From the NCBI GenBank assembly GCA_052168235.1, contig JBQLZK010000014.1, forward strand, positions 32,001 to 96,000: 64,000 nt of DNA. Reading direction: 5' to 3'. The notes beneath the pieces were generated by a model. That model saw nothing but the letters and a program-made list of their open reading frames with translations, ran no database searches and was not told the DNA's origin. The translations under genes and the position numbers were made by a program. This DNA comes from Thainema sp. (lineage in GTDB: Bacteria > Cyanobacteriota > Cyanobacteriia > Phormidesmidales > Phormidesmidaceae). Each line of letters opens with the position of its first letter. The first letter of the stretch is position 1. This document shows positions 40,976-51,104 of the stretch, piece by piece.

Positions 40976-41445
40976 GAATTCAGTGAGAGACTCTTAATTC
41001 GTGTTCTCCAGTGTTCCCATCATAAAGTGGCGAAACGCTGGGTGGGCGGAATTCAGCCCAAAGCAGTTCTCAGTCATTCCGTAAAGTGCTTAAACTTAGC
41101 TGTATCAGGGGAGCAATGATTCCAGATCTAATGACCTTTAAGTTTCAGGAAGCGATTTCATATTTTGTCAGGGTCGTTTTGTTGTTGCCAGAAAAGTTTC
41201 AGAGCCGCAATTTTACGTGTTTGGTAGGGGCGTTAGCGAAGCCATGCCCGAAGGGCTATATGGCCATTCGCCCCTACGTAACGCTGCCCAGATTTTCTCC
41301 AGATAGAGTAAACATGAAATAGCATTCTTTTATTTTGATTACACGTTATTTTGATTACAAGCATTATCAGTATTAACAGGCATCACCAGTAATTGCGTCG
41401 TTGACTTAGGGTTTAACCTTACCTTTTCAATCCTCCACGATCTGC

Positions 41446-42630
41446 ATGATTCATTCAATTTCTCGATCTAGACAACGATTCATTGTTTTGTGTTTAGTCA
41501 CGGCAGTTTATGTGGCTCTGCTGATTTGGCTAGATTTACTCCAAGGTGGCTATTGGCGGGATGAGCGCCACTTTTGGGAAACGAGTTTGAGCTTTAGCGA
41601 TCGCATCTTGCCGACGCTGGAGCAACTCCGTAATTATGAAGAGCTAAATACGCCGCTGCCTTTCATCATCTTTGGCGCATTGGAGTACCTGTTTCAGCAG
41701 GGTATTTTTTTAGGTCGTTTACTGAATTTAGGGTTGTCGCTGGCCATTAGCTTGATCATTGGCTGGCCTAAACCCGGTAAGCCATACGCGCTATTTTGCT
41801 TGATTGGTTTATGGCTGTGTCCCTATTATTTTTGGCTGAGCGGACGGTTATACACCGAACTGATTACCTGCTTTTGGATCGTTTTGGGGTTGATGGCCTA
41901 TATTCGCGATCGCACTTTTTTGAGCGGCATAGCATTCATTCTGGCCATTGCGTCCCGTCAGTATGCGCTGGCTTTTCCGCTGGCGATTTTCACCTATGAA
42001 TTCGGCTTAGCGATGAAAACTGCGATCGCATCGAGTCAAATCCGGCTGGCGGATCAGTGGAAGTGGCTGGCACCGCTGGTCGCTGTGCTGTCGATTGGCG
42101 TTTGGCTCTACCTGTTTCAGGGATTAGCTCCGGAAACTGCGATTGAGATTCGCGCTACGCCGGAGGTACAGCAAACGTTTTGGGCGGTAAGGCCAGGTCA
42201 AGTTGTGAATTTTATGGCGTTTACGGGTCTTTATGTGGTGATTCCAGAAAACCTGATTTTTATTGGACTTCTGCGCCAAAATCAGTTTGCGATGCCGATC
42301 CGTAAGGGGATAGGAGTTGCGATCGCATTACTGGTCTATGTGCTAATTTTTCCGCCGTCGTTGGTTGGCGATGGCCCGCTGATGAAGGTGATTGCGCTGC
42401 TGCCGCAGGGAGCGATTGCTGTAGCTGTGCTCTACGGTTTGGCGTTGATTGCATGTCTGCGATTTTCTCGCTTGAATCTGATCACGTTAATCTGGCTGTT
42501 CAATTGCCTGATTATGATTAAGGCGTTTCCGTTGGATCGATACGTTTTACTGTTTGCAGTGGCGTTCTGGTATTTGAAGTCTATCGGCTGGGCTGATGAT
42601 CAAAATCAGAGGCTTGAATCGAAATCCTGA
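41446..42630 (+). CDS. Polytopic membrane protein, probable GT-C (PMT/ALG-like) glycosyltransferase
   Basis: First-loop DE motif (RDERHF), TPLP, RQY and DRY motifs, many TM helices. Confidence 0.65.
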   Translation: MIHSISRSRQRFIVLCLVTAVYVALLIWLDLLQGGYWRDERHFWETSLSFSDRILPTLEQLRNYEELNTPLPFIIFGALEYLFQQGIFLGRLLNLGLSLAISLIIGWPKPGKPYALFCLIGLWLCPYYFWLSGRLYTELITCFWIVLGLMAYIRDRTFLSGIAFILAIASRQYALAFPLAIFTYEFGLAMKTAIASSQIRLADQWKWLAPLVAVLSIGVWLYLFQGLAPETAIEIRATPEVQQTFWAVRPGQVVNFMAFTGLYVVIPENLIFIGLLRQNQFAMPIRKGIGVAIALLVYVLIFPPSLVGDGPLMKVIALLPQGAIAVAVLYGLALIACLRFSRLNLITLIWLFNCLIMIKAFPLDRYVLLFAVAFWYLKSIGWADDQNQRLESKS

Positions 42631-42679
42631 ATTTGAATAAGTGCGATCGCGTTGATAGATTGTTGAAGTTTCTTACAAA

Positions 42680-43654
42680 TTAAAACAACTTTGGCAATGG
42701 ATCGCTCTCAATAGCGTGAATTCCGGGATATGACTCCTGTAAACGAGAATTTTTCGATAACCAATTTTGCAATTGCTCCTGAGTTAGACAGAGAATCTCC
42801 ACTCCGCTAATTGCTCGAAATTGTGCGGCACATTCATAAGGAAATAGCTTTTGGCCGATCTCAGAACTTCGAGCTAATTCCAGTCGCTCTATAGAAGACA
42901 TTGCTCTAACCTCTTTACGCATGGCATCATATTCGGCCATTGGTATTGGAATACGCTTATCAAAACATTTTTCTGAAACGACTTGATACATGCTGGGATT
43001 GTGCATAAGGCTCTCGTAAGACCAAGGGATCAAGCGGATCTCCATACCATTACATCGTGTCAACCAATGTGCGCCGTTTTGACGCCGGATTACCTCTACC
43101 CATCTTAGTAAACTATCAGGCTTATTATTAATCGCGCGTAGACTTTTGCGCACTGTTGTCGTGACACGTTGCATTTCTCTGCTATCAGCTAAGTAGCCTA
43201 ATATTAAGGTCTTTAGCTGTTGGTTGGTTGCTGGACAAACACCTAAACCGAGTATTCGATGGTTGAGCTTCTCCAGTGACAGAGTCAGCGTCTGATAACT
43301 GGGTACAATCTTTCGCTGCGGTACTTTTGTTTGGTTGAACGTTGGACAGTAATGCTCAATATACTGGCGCTCAAGCTCATCAAGCTGATGTGCAGAACAT
43401 TGCAACCAAAATAAACTGACCTCGCATTTCTTGTTAACCGCTTCTAGTTGGAGCAAGCGATGATGATTTTGCCAACGCTTTCTCAAGTTTGTTGCGAGTC
43501 CAACATAGAGAACTTGCTCACGTGCGATCGCAAAATAAATTGCAGAACATTCCGGTAAATTCTGACGTTCTGGCAATGCCAAGCTGGGTAACATGCTGAA
43601 TTCCTGTAACACCACTTGAGTTGATCCAATAAGTTCAACTTTTAGGATGCCCAT
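42680..43654 (-). CDS. GIY-YIG nuclease family protein
   Basis: SAIYF..VLYVGLATNLRKRWQNHHR...LERQYIEHYCPTFN. Confidence 0.85.
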   Translation of the reverse strand: MGILKVELIGSTQVVLQEFSMLPSLALPERQNLPECSAIYFAIAREQVLYVGLATNLRKRWQNHHRLLQLEAVNKKCEVSLFWLQCSAHQLDELERQYIEHYCPTFNQTKVPQRKIVPSYQTLTLSLEKLNHRILGLGVCPATNQQLKTLILGYLADSREMQRVTTTVRKSLRAINNKPDSLLRWVEVIRRQNGAHWLTRCNGMEIRLIPWSYESLMHNPSMYQVVSEKCFDKRIPIPMAEYDAMRKEVRAMSSIERLELARSSEIGQKLFPYECAAQFRAISGVEILCLTQEQLQNWLSKNSRLQESYPGIHAIESDPLPKLF

Positions 43655-43737
43655 TTGAACGTATCAAATGACGAATGTTGGTTTTCCATGTAATCAGGGA
43701 ACTATGTCAGCAGTCAGTTCTTTAGAAGGAAAGTCCT

Positions 43738-44397
43738 ATGGAAAGCATCATGGAAATTGCCAAGTGGGCATTCTTTGTGTTGGTATCGTTTGTTGTCTTG
43801 GGGATTACTCTTTATTTTGTCTTCTCGCCCTTTGCGCTAGTAATTGGTTTATTTAATCCAAGTGCTGTTCTTGATGACAAAAAACCACAAACTCGATTTA
43901 GAGTTCTAAAAAATTATGCATTAACTTCATTTGTTACTGTAATCGTTGGGTTGGGCATGCTTTCATCATCTACTTTTGAAGAAAGCGCTCAAGCAGCAAA
44001 CAGTTATACATCTTCAGTAATTTCATCTTCAATGCAAAGCACGTCTAAAAGTCAGCTCATTGCTAATAGAGCATCAATGACAGAACTTGCCCAACGAGTA
44101 CAGTCGGGAATGACTTTCAGCGAGGTTATTTCATTGCTTGGAGAGCCAGACTCTGTATTGAATGATGAAATTAGAGAAGCAATTGGGGAGTTACCAACGG
44201 GAGATGACCTCTATGCCTTTTATTGGAAAAACGATAAGTTGGACTGCTTCCCTGTTGTAGTCACTTTCTCATCTATAACTGGATTGGCAACTGGAAAAGA
44301 TGAAGGAAGATATTGTGAATCAGGCTTAAGAGGCACTGAATTTTTGGAGCCACTTGGTGAACCATGCGAAGGTAATTCACTCTGTAAGTTTAGGTAA
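43738..44397 (+). CDS. Hypothetical membrane-anchored protein (SmpA/BamE-like GMT.SEV..LLGEP motif)
   Basis: Two N-terminal TM segments, AT-rich coding sequence, four Cys. Confidence 0.6.
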   Translation: MESIMEIAKWAFFVLVSFVVLGITLYFVFSPFALVIGLFNPSAVLDDKKPQTRFRVLKNYALTSFVTVIVGLGMLSSSTFEESAQAANSYTSSVISSSMQSTSKSQLIANRASMTELAQRVQSGMTFSEVISLLGEPDSVLNDEIREAIGELPTGDDLYAFYWKNDKLDCFPVVVTFSSITGLATGKDEGRYCESGLRGTEFLEPLGEPCEGNSLCKFR

Positions 44398-44576
44398 GGG
44401 AAGTACACCATCAAGTTAGCAGCAGTGTGGTTGTGGTATTCAATAAACTGCGATCGCACCTGCCCCAACAACGATTAAATTCGTTGTGGATGAAGTTCAA
44501 TCCATAGCAAAAAGGTGCATTAAGCCAAGCTGTAACGCACCTTTCGGGATCTTCAGTTTTAGAATGGTATGGCTAA

Positions 44577-45167
44577 CTAGCCTTCTTCAGACGAACTCGC
44601 CGCTGTGCGGGGATAGTTGTCATCAACAAAGCCCATTTCAAACAGTTGCTGATACGCCTTTTCACCCAGGTCACGAGTGGGCGATTGACTACCAATAATT
44701 TGAATCAACAGTGGCACAGCCAACTCTGGCTCACCTTTGGCACGATGCACCAGCGCAAGCTGATAAGTTGCCTGATCACGCATTTCAGCCGCAGTCAATG
44801 CATTCGAGCGATTCGCTTCCGAAATCCGATTATCAACACCCGTAAAGCTCGAAGACAACTGCTGATAGAAATTCGAAAGCTGATTGAACACTTGGCGAGC
44901 TTCTTGCAGCTTCGTTTCTGCTAGATCATAGTTTTGAGCCGAAACCGCACTGCTTGCTTCCTGCAAGAGCCGCTCTCCACCAGACATGCTGAGAATATTG
45001 GTTTGTACCCGGAGGTCGTCCGGCGTCTCGATTTCAGCAGAGGACTCCTCTGGTAACACTTCTTGCGCTTTTAGTGACAATGGCATGCTGAGCAAAATCG
45101 CTCCAGTTAGGGGCAATGCCAACCAAGAAAAAGATGAGGTCATAAACTTATTTCGACGGAGAAGCAT
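44577..45167 (-). CDS. Conserved cyanobacterial exported helical (TPR-like) protein
   Basis: Signal peptide; RDQATYQLALVHRA..PELAVPLLIQII..QSPTRDLG. Confidence 0.75.
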   Translation of the reverse strand: MLLRRNKFMTSSFSWLALPLTGAILLSMPLSLKAQEVLPEESSAEIETPDDLRVQTNILSMSGGERLLQEASSAVSAQNYDLAETKLQEARQVFNQLSNFYQQLSSSFTGVDNRISEANRSNALTAAEMRDQATYQLALVHRAKGEPELAVPLLIQIIGSQSPTRDLGEKAYQQLFEMGFVDDNYPRTAASSSEEG

Positions 45168-45420
45168 GGAGTAACGTTGTGTATCGGGGAAAACGAGACA
45201 GATTAACCTTCGCGTATCTTATCATTACAACTCTGCCACTTTGGTGATTCCCAAATGCTTTATTGCGTGATTGCGAAATTGCGATCGCAACTGGGGATCG
45301 CCCGTTTACCCCCAACGAAGTGCCAATTGGCAATGGTCAAACCAACGGTTAACCATTGCTGAACACCACACCAATAGGTAGACCTGACTGTTTGACGCTA
45401 GGTTCCCGGACAAAACGTTT

Positions 45421-47499
45421 ATGGCCGCAGACATTCAACCTGAGTATCGAGGACTGATTCTTCAGCGCGGCGGAGAAGAACTGCTGCTGACCAAACTGCC
45501 CGATCGCTTCACCGTGCGTTTGGTCAACGACGAAATCGATCCCACAGTCTTGCAAACCGCCTTGCAACCCCAAGCCGTGCGTCGCATTCCCACCGGGAAT
45601 TTGTTTGAAATTACCGTTGCCGCTGACCAGCTCGAAACCGCAATGGCCCAGGCGCGACAACTAGACGACGTGCGCTTTGCTAGTCACGTATACAGCCTAG
45701 AATCCAGTCCCGCCACGGCTGTGTACCTGGGCGATCAAATCACCATCCAGTTTGCCGATGCAACTCCGACTGAGACAATGGAGACATTGTTGGCAGATTT
45801 GGGTTTGAACATCGTACAGCCCATTGCCGGACTGGCAGGCACCTACGTTGTCCGCGTCGGTAAGACGGCCACCGAAAATCCCATTAAGCTCGCTAATCGG
45901 CTCACGGCCTCGCCCCATGTCCTCCTAGCCGAACCGGACGTAATTATCCAAACCCAAACGCTCTATCGCCCCACCGATCCCCTCTACGCAGAGCAGTGGT
46001 ATCTCCAGCATGACGGCGGAGCCGAACTGGCCGCCAACTCTCACATTGAAGTTGAAGCAGCCTGGGAACTAACGCGGGGCAATCGCTCCATTGTCGTGGC
46101 GATTATTGACGATGGCTTTGACCTGAATCACCCCGATTTTCAGGGTTTGGGTAAAATTGTGGCCCCCTATGATTTCTATGCGCAAGATTTCTTGCCCCTG
46201 CCGGAACAGCCCGCCGAAAATCACGGAACAGCAGTCGCAGGAGTTGCGATCGCAGAAGAAAATGGTCAGGGCATTGTCGGTGTGGCTCCCGGTTGCGCCC
46301 TGATGCCGATTCGCAGCACGGGCTACATCGACGACGACTCAATTGAGCGCATGTTTGGCTGGGCCATGACCCACGGAGCCGACGTGATTTCCTGTAGCTG
46401 GGGCGTTAGCGCCGTCTACTTTCCCCTCTCCCTGCGACAGCGGCTGGCCATTCATCGCGCCGCCACCGAAGGCAGAAACGGCAAAGGTTGCGTGATTCTG
46501 TTCGCCGCTGGCAATGCCAACCGACCCGTGAGCGGCTCCATCAACGAAACGGGCTGGTCGAAATCGGTAATCAAAGGCGAAACCCAGTGGCTCAACGGCT
46601 TTGCCGTGCATCCCGACGTAATGGCCGTTGCCGCCATCACCAGTCTGAATCGCAAGGCCGCCTACAGCAATTGGGGCAAACAGATTTCCGTTGCCGCACC
46701 CAGCAATAATGCGCCGCCGGGCACCTATCTCACGACCGAAGGAGCCGTCTTAACTGGCCCACCCGTCACGATTTCACTGCTGGGCCGGGGCATTTTTACT
46801 GCTGACCGACTGGCCGAGCTGGGCTATGCCGCAGGCGATTTTACCGATACCTTTGGCGGCACCTCCAGCGCTTGTCCTGTCGTGGCCGGAGTGGCAGCTT
46901 TAGTCCTCTCGGCCAACCCTGAACTGACTGCCGCAGAGGTCAAAACGCTGATTGAGCAAACCGCCGAGAAAGTCGTCGATCCCAATCCCGATCCGCAGTT
47001 GAATCTCCGGAAGGGCACCTACAGCAATCAGGGGCATTCCGAATGGTTTGGCTACGGTCGTGTTCACGCGCAGCAAGCCGTTCAGGAAGCCCTGCGCCGC
47101 CTGCCCGATCTGGGTCAAGCCGTCAGCCAAATTCAGCGTCGCGATGATGCGATCGCACTTATCCCCGATGCCGATCCGGCGGGTCTCAAACGCGCCATCA
47201 TCATCACCGAACCGCAGGAAATTCGCTCGATTCAGGTCACTCTTGCCGTTGAACATAGCTTTTTGGGCGATCTGGAAATCTATCTGCTGCCGCCCCAGCA
47301 TCCGGCCATTCTGCTCCAGGGCCGCACCCTCGGTCGCCAAACCCGACTGCAAACCACCTATTCCCTGGCGACAACGCCCAACCTCAGTCCGCTGCTGGGC
47401 AAACCTGCCAACGGACGCTGGCAACTCTGGCTGATCGACCGCGTACCGGAGAACACCGGACAGCTCCAGTTTTGGCAAATCGATCTCGGTTTAGCGTAA
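45421..47499 (+). CDS. S8 serine peptidase with a C-terminal proprotein-convertase P domain
   Basis: IIDDG, HGTAVAG, GTSSACPVVAG; P-domain HSFLGDL..GRWQLWLID. Confidence 0.93.
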   Translation: MAADIQPEYRGLILQRGGEELLLTKLPDRFTVRLVNDEIDPTVLQTALQPQAVRRIPTGNLFEITVAADQLETAMAQARQLDDVRFASHVYSLESSPATAVYLGDQITIQFADATPTETMETLLADLGLNIVQPIAGLAGTYVVRVGKTATENPIKLANRLTASPHVLLAEPDVIIQTQTLYRPTDPLYAEQWYLQHDGGAELAANSHIEVEAAWELTRGNRSIVVAIIDDGFDLNHPDFQGLGKIVAPYDFYAQDFLPLPEQPAENHGTAVAGVAIAEENGQGIVGVAPGCALMPIRSTGYIDDDSIERMFGWAMTHGADVISCSWGVSAVYFPLSLRQRLAIHRAATEGRNGKGCVILFAAGNANRPVSGSINETGWSKSVIKGETQWLNGFAVHPDVMAVAAITSLNRKAAYSNWGKQISVAAPSNNAPPGTYLTTEGAVLTGPPVTISLLGRGIFTADRLAELGYAAGDFTDTFGGTSSACPVVAGVAALVLSANPELTAAEVKTLIEQTAEKVVDPNPDPQLNLRKGTYSNQGHSEWFGYGRVHAQQAVQEALRRLPDLGQAVSQIQRRDDAIALIPDADPAGLKRAIIITEPQEIRSIQVTLAVEHSFLGDLEIYLLPPQHPAILLQGRTLGRQTRLQTTYSLATTPNLSPLLGKPANGRWQLWLIDRVPENTGQLQFWQIDLGLA

Positions 47500-47573
47500 A
47501 GGGGGATACGGATATGGCCTGGTTTTGGCAAATTGATCTCGGTTTAGCGTAAAGGGGATGCATATATGGCCTG
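47469..47573 (+). repeat. Tandem duplication (about 53 bp) of the S8-stop/RBS/GDPD-start junction
   Basis: GTTTTGGCAAATYGATCTCGGTTTAGCGTAAAGGGG...ATATGGCCTG x2. Confidence 0.9.
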
Positions 47574-48291
47574 GTTTAAAGATCAACCGATTGCCCATCG
47601 CGGCTACCACAATAATGGTTCGATTCCAGAAAATTCACTGGCAGCCGTCGAAGCTGCGATCGCACCTGGGTATGCTGCTGAAATTGACATTCACCTGCTC
47701 AAGGATGGCAATATCGCCGTTTTCCATGACGATACCCTCGACCGTATGACAGGTGTATCTGGCAACATCACGGATCAGGATGCTGAATCGCTCAAACCGC
47801 TACGCTTGGGCAATACCGATCATCCCATTCCGCTGCTTGAAGAGGTGTTGACCGCAGTCAACGGAGCCATCCCGCTGGTGATCGAAATTAAAAGCAAAGG
47901 CAAAGACAGCGTCGGCCCGCTGGAAACGGCACTAGCAAAAAAATTGGCCGATTATCCTGGTGATTACGCCATCCAATCGTTCAATCCTTACACCCTGGCC
48001 TGGTTTAAACAACATCTGCCAAATGTGCCGCGCGGCCAGCTCTCCGGCAACTTCGCAGGCGAAGATTTGGCCTGGACGAAGAAACTGTTGCTCAGCAACT
48101 TACTGCTGAATTCTGTCAGTCAGCCCGCTTTTATCGGCTACGACTTGAAAGCACTGCCCCACGTCGCCCCTTTCCTAAACAATCGGCTATTCGGTACGCC
48201 CATCGTCGCCTGGACAATTCGCAACCCAGATGATTATGAGAAAGCAAAACGTGTAGCCGACAACGTTATTTTTGAGCTGATTGTCCCGTAG
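47566..48291 (+). CDS. Glycerophosphodiester phosphodiesterase
   Basis: IAHRG, PENSLAA, EIDIHL, FHDDTLDRMT, IEIK, AWT. Confidence 0.93.
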   Translation: MAWFKDQPIAHRGYHNNGSIPENSLAAVEAAIAPGYAAEIDIHLLKDGNIAVFHDDTLDRMTGVSGNITDQDAESLKPLRLGNTDHPIPLLEEVLTAVNGAIPLVIEIKSKGKDSVGPLETALAKKLADYPGDYAIQSFNPYTLAWFKQHLPNVPRGQLSGNFAGEDLAWTKKLLLSNLLLNSVSQPAFIGYDLKALPHVAPFLNNRLFGTPIVAWTIRNPDDYEKAKRVADNVIFELIVP

Positions 48292-48292
48292 A

Positions 48293-48387
48293 TATAGCGG
48301 TAGCCATGTTGGTTAGGACATTTTTGTGGCGCGGCTCCGCCGCGCCACAAAAATGTCCGTGCTCTAACCTAGCTGACTACAGCTATA
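48293..48387. mobile_element. MITE family D (TATAGC...GCTATA) with a central hairpin; supplies the stop codon of the SpoIIM gene
   Basis: Hairpin GGACATTTTTGTGGCGCGGC/GCCGCGCCACAAAAATGTCC; hairpin-less homolog at 57813-57860. Confidence 0.8.
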
Positions 48388-49375
48388 TTTCACCAGGTCG
48401 CCGTTGAAAATACACCATCAGCGCGATAAAAATACCTGTTCCAGTAATGTATTTCACTACGTCTGGAATGAGCGGACTGGGCGAAAAGAATCCTTCAATG
48501 ATCCCTGCGATCACCAGCATTGTGACCACGCCATAAACCAGCTTGGCCGCCTTTAGCCCATAAAACCGCAGTGCCTCAGCCCGCCGATAGCGACCGGGAA
48601 ATAGGATACTGCGTCCCAGCAGCAACCCCGCTCCGCCTGCCAGAAAAATGGCGGGCAGCTCCAGCGATCCGTGAGGAAAAACAAAGGCCCAAAACGGCGT
48701 CGCCAAATTCGCCTGTCCCACCAGCGTGCCAACCGAGCCAATCAGCAACCCATTCATAAACAGCAGAAACACCGTGAAGCTCCCTGGCGGCGTGATCATC
48801 GGTACCTGCGGAATATACATGGTGATGCCGCCAAAGATGGCCAGAAACGAGACGCGGATATTGTTCACCATAATTTGGCTAGAGGCCAGCGGCTCCATGC
48901 CCAGAATTGACCCCATCCACAGTTCCTGATCCTCCTGCACCTTATCGATCAGCCAAGGCGGCACAACCGTCGCCATAAACTCCGGATCTTGCCAGGAAAA
49001 CCACCAGCCAATTAACCCACCTAGAATAAAGAGCGAAGTTGCGATCGCACTATACACCCACGTATCCCGTACAATCGCCGGAAACCCATAGTTATAAAAC
49101 TCCACCACCGCCTGCCAGTCTTGCTTGCGTGAGCCTTGGTAGATTTGGCTGTAGCCCCGCGAGGTCAAGTTCTGTAGCTGCTGAATCAGCGCCCTGCTGA
49201 GCTGATTGGTTTGCGCCCGCGCCAAATCCGCAGATACCGAACGATATAAACTCGCCATCTGCTTAACTTGATCGGTGCGGAGCGACTTTAAACCTTTCTT
49301 TTCTGCCTGCTTCAGCAAGCCATCCAACTGCTGCCAACTCGGTTCCCGTCGCGCAATCCACCGTTTAACGTTCAT
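48383..49375 (-). CDS. Stage II sporulation protein M (DUF95) family membrane protein
   Basis: LYRSVSADLARA, NNIRVSF, PHGSLELPAI, AGIIEGFFSP. Confidence 0.92.
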   Translation of the reverse strand: MNVKRWIARREPSWQQLDGLLKQAEKKGLKSLRTDQVKQMASLYRSVSADLARAQTNQLSRALIQQLQNLTSRGYSQIYQGSRKQDWQAVVEFYNYGFPAIVRDTWVYSAIATSLFILGGLIGWWFSWQDPEFMATVVPPWLIDKVQEDQELWMGSILGMEPLASSQIMVNNIRVSFLAIFGGITMYIPQVPMITPPGSFTVFLLFMNGLLIGSVGTLVGQANLATPFWAFVFPHGSLELPAIFLAGGAGLLLGRSILFPGRYRRAEALRFYGLKAAKLVYGVVTMLVIAGIIEGFFSPSPLIPDVVKYITGTGIFIALMVYFQRRPGEI

Positions 49376-49735
49376 ACCGCCTGCTTTGCCGCTATTCCGC
49401 CGTTATTTCGTCGTGATTGACTGGATCATGCAATCCTCTCTGCCTAAGATAGCCTGTCCTGTTCTGCCAACACTGAAGACGAAAGGGTTTGCAATAAAGC
49501 ACTTAAGAGAACTACCTGGACTCGCCGATTTAGATCTTGAGCTGTTGGCTCGATGTGTACTGATGGCGCAAACCTCTCGACTAGAGGCTGTCAAAGCGTT
49601 TCGCCAGGGTATTTAAGCCTACAAATATCTTAGTTCATGTGAACTATTTTGGGTTATAATCAGAACACAAAGCAGTACAAGATTACCATGCGCTGTCTTT
49701 ACTGCTTTGGCTGCCGTTCATTCCCAATCAGCACA

Positions 49736-50110
49736 ATGGCTACCTATCCTGTCCGACAGTCGCCTGTCACCCTTTCTGCACCTGCTCCTCGGTGGGAAAC
49801 CATTCGCTTCCGCCGTGCAAAAGATAGCAAAGGCTGGGCACTACTAGGTATTCCTCATCGTATCTATCCAATTGTGGCAACCCGTCTATTTGAGCAGCGA
49901 GCGAAGCTGATTCAAAAGCATGATGCCGATGAGTTTGTCAGCATCTTGTTTGAAGCACCTGCTACGCTAGCCGCTAGATTAGCGCTGGCGTTTCCTGCCC
50001 CTCCCGGTTGCGAGGTGCTCAAAATCGCACCAACCCGCGATCTCGTTTTGTCTGGCAAAGCCGCTAATTCTAAAAAAGCATTGCAGCAGGCGATGGATTC
50101 AGCAGCGTAA
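49736..50110 (+). CDS. Hypothetical protein
   Basis: ATG 49736 within a 153-codon ORF; no recognised motif. Confidence 0.5.
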   Translation: MATYPVRQSPVTLSAPAPRWETIRFRRAKDSKGWALLGIPHRIYPIVATRLFEQRAKLIQKHDADEFVSILFEAPATLAARLALAFPAPPGCEVLKIAPTRDLVLSGKAANSKKALQQAMDSAA

Positions 50111-50204
50111 GGTTAGCTGTTATTTAACAGTAGATTTAGTTAGTTGAAGAGCAAGGGGGCGTGGGGGCAGGGGAGCTTTTTATGGCTGGACGTTAACAGC
50201 GAGT

Positions 50205-50960
50205 TTAGCTGGAATGCTTGTCGTGTTTAGTTGCGGAATGCATGTGGCTCAGATGGCGACGGTGACGACGGCGATGCTGAAAGTTGCGTGTCAGCCGTAC
50301 ACCAAAAACGTAACCGATGATCGATGCAACTAATCCAACGATTGCTGAACCAATCATTAACGTCAACAGAATGTCTGCCCCCATGGTCTTAATCGTAGAC
50401 CACGACTGGAGGTCAGCATCTAACACATCATCCAAGTTGATGCCTGTAATGAACTGACCAATCCACAGATTGAAGGCATAAATTGGCACGTAGGTTAGTG
50501 GATTGCTAACCCAGGTGCCCGCTGCGGCTGCGATTTTGTTGCCGCGTAGGATAGCTGCGATCGCAATTCCAATTAACGTCTGAAAGCCAAACAGGGGAAA
50601 GCAACCTGCAAACACCCCTGAAGCAAGTCCCCGTGCCAGAGCTTCTGGCGTGCTTCTCAGCCGAATGAAGCGGTAGTAGAAATACCGAATCCGGCGCGAC
50701 CAGCTCCGTCGTGTGGAGTGGAAGCGGGATCGATAGGGTTTATCCTCCAATGGCGGCATCGTTGAGCGAGGGTTTGGGGGTGTGATATTAGGTGTGCGGA
50801 TGGGCTGGAGTTTGGAAGGCCGCGACTGTTGCGATTCCGGTGCGACTTGTGATGGTTGAGCATCCGTAGTAGGGTAATCCTTCCCCATTTTAGATTCAGT
50901 TTCTAATCCCTCATTCATAGCCAGCATTTGTTGAACGGTGTGAGGAGGCTGTGCATTCAC
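50205..50960 (-). CDS. DUF2062 domain membrane protein
   Basis: TPEALARGLASGVFAGCFPLFGFQT, WVSNPLTYVPIY. Confidence 0.9.
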   Translation of the reverse strand: MNAQPPHTVQQMLAMNEGLETESKMGKDYPTTDAQPSQVAPESQQSRPSKLQPIRTPNITPPNPRSTMPPLEDKPYRSRFHSTRRSWSRRIRYFYYRFIRLRSTPEALARGLASGVFAGCFPLFGFQTLIGIAIAAILRGNKIAAAAGTWVSNPLTYVPIYAFNLWIGQFITGINLDDVLDADLQSWSTIKTMGADILLTLMIGSAIVGLVASIIGYVFGVRLTRNFQHRRRHRRHLSHMHSATKHDKHSS

Positions 50961-51104
50961 GGCAAATTAGCAGTAGCTTCTGTCACTATATTAAGGGTTA
51001 CTCTACTTGCGTCGATTGGATTGGTTAGCAATTCGCGAATCCTCAAGAACGCATCACATTCTTGATCCCTGGCCTTATCTACTGTTGACTTCTCTGGAAA
51101 CCCC

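Noticed and set aside
39821..49375. MoxR-DUF58-SpoIIM-RDD operon
   Set aside because: DUF58 and SpoIIM are about 7 kb apart with unrelated genes between them, and there is no MoxR or RDD gene in the window
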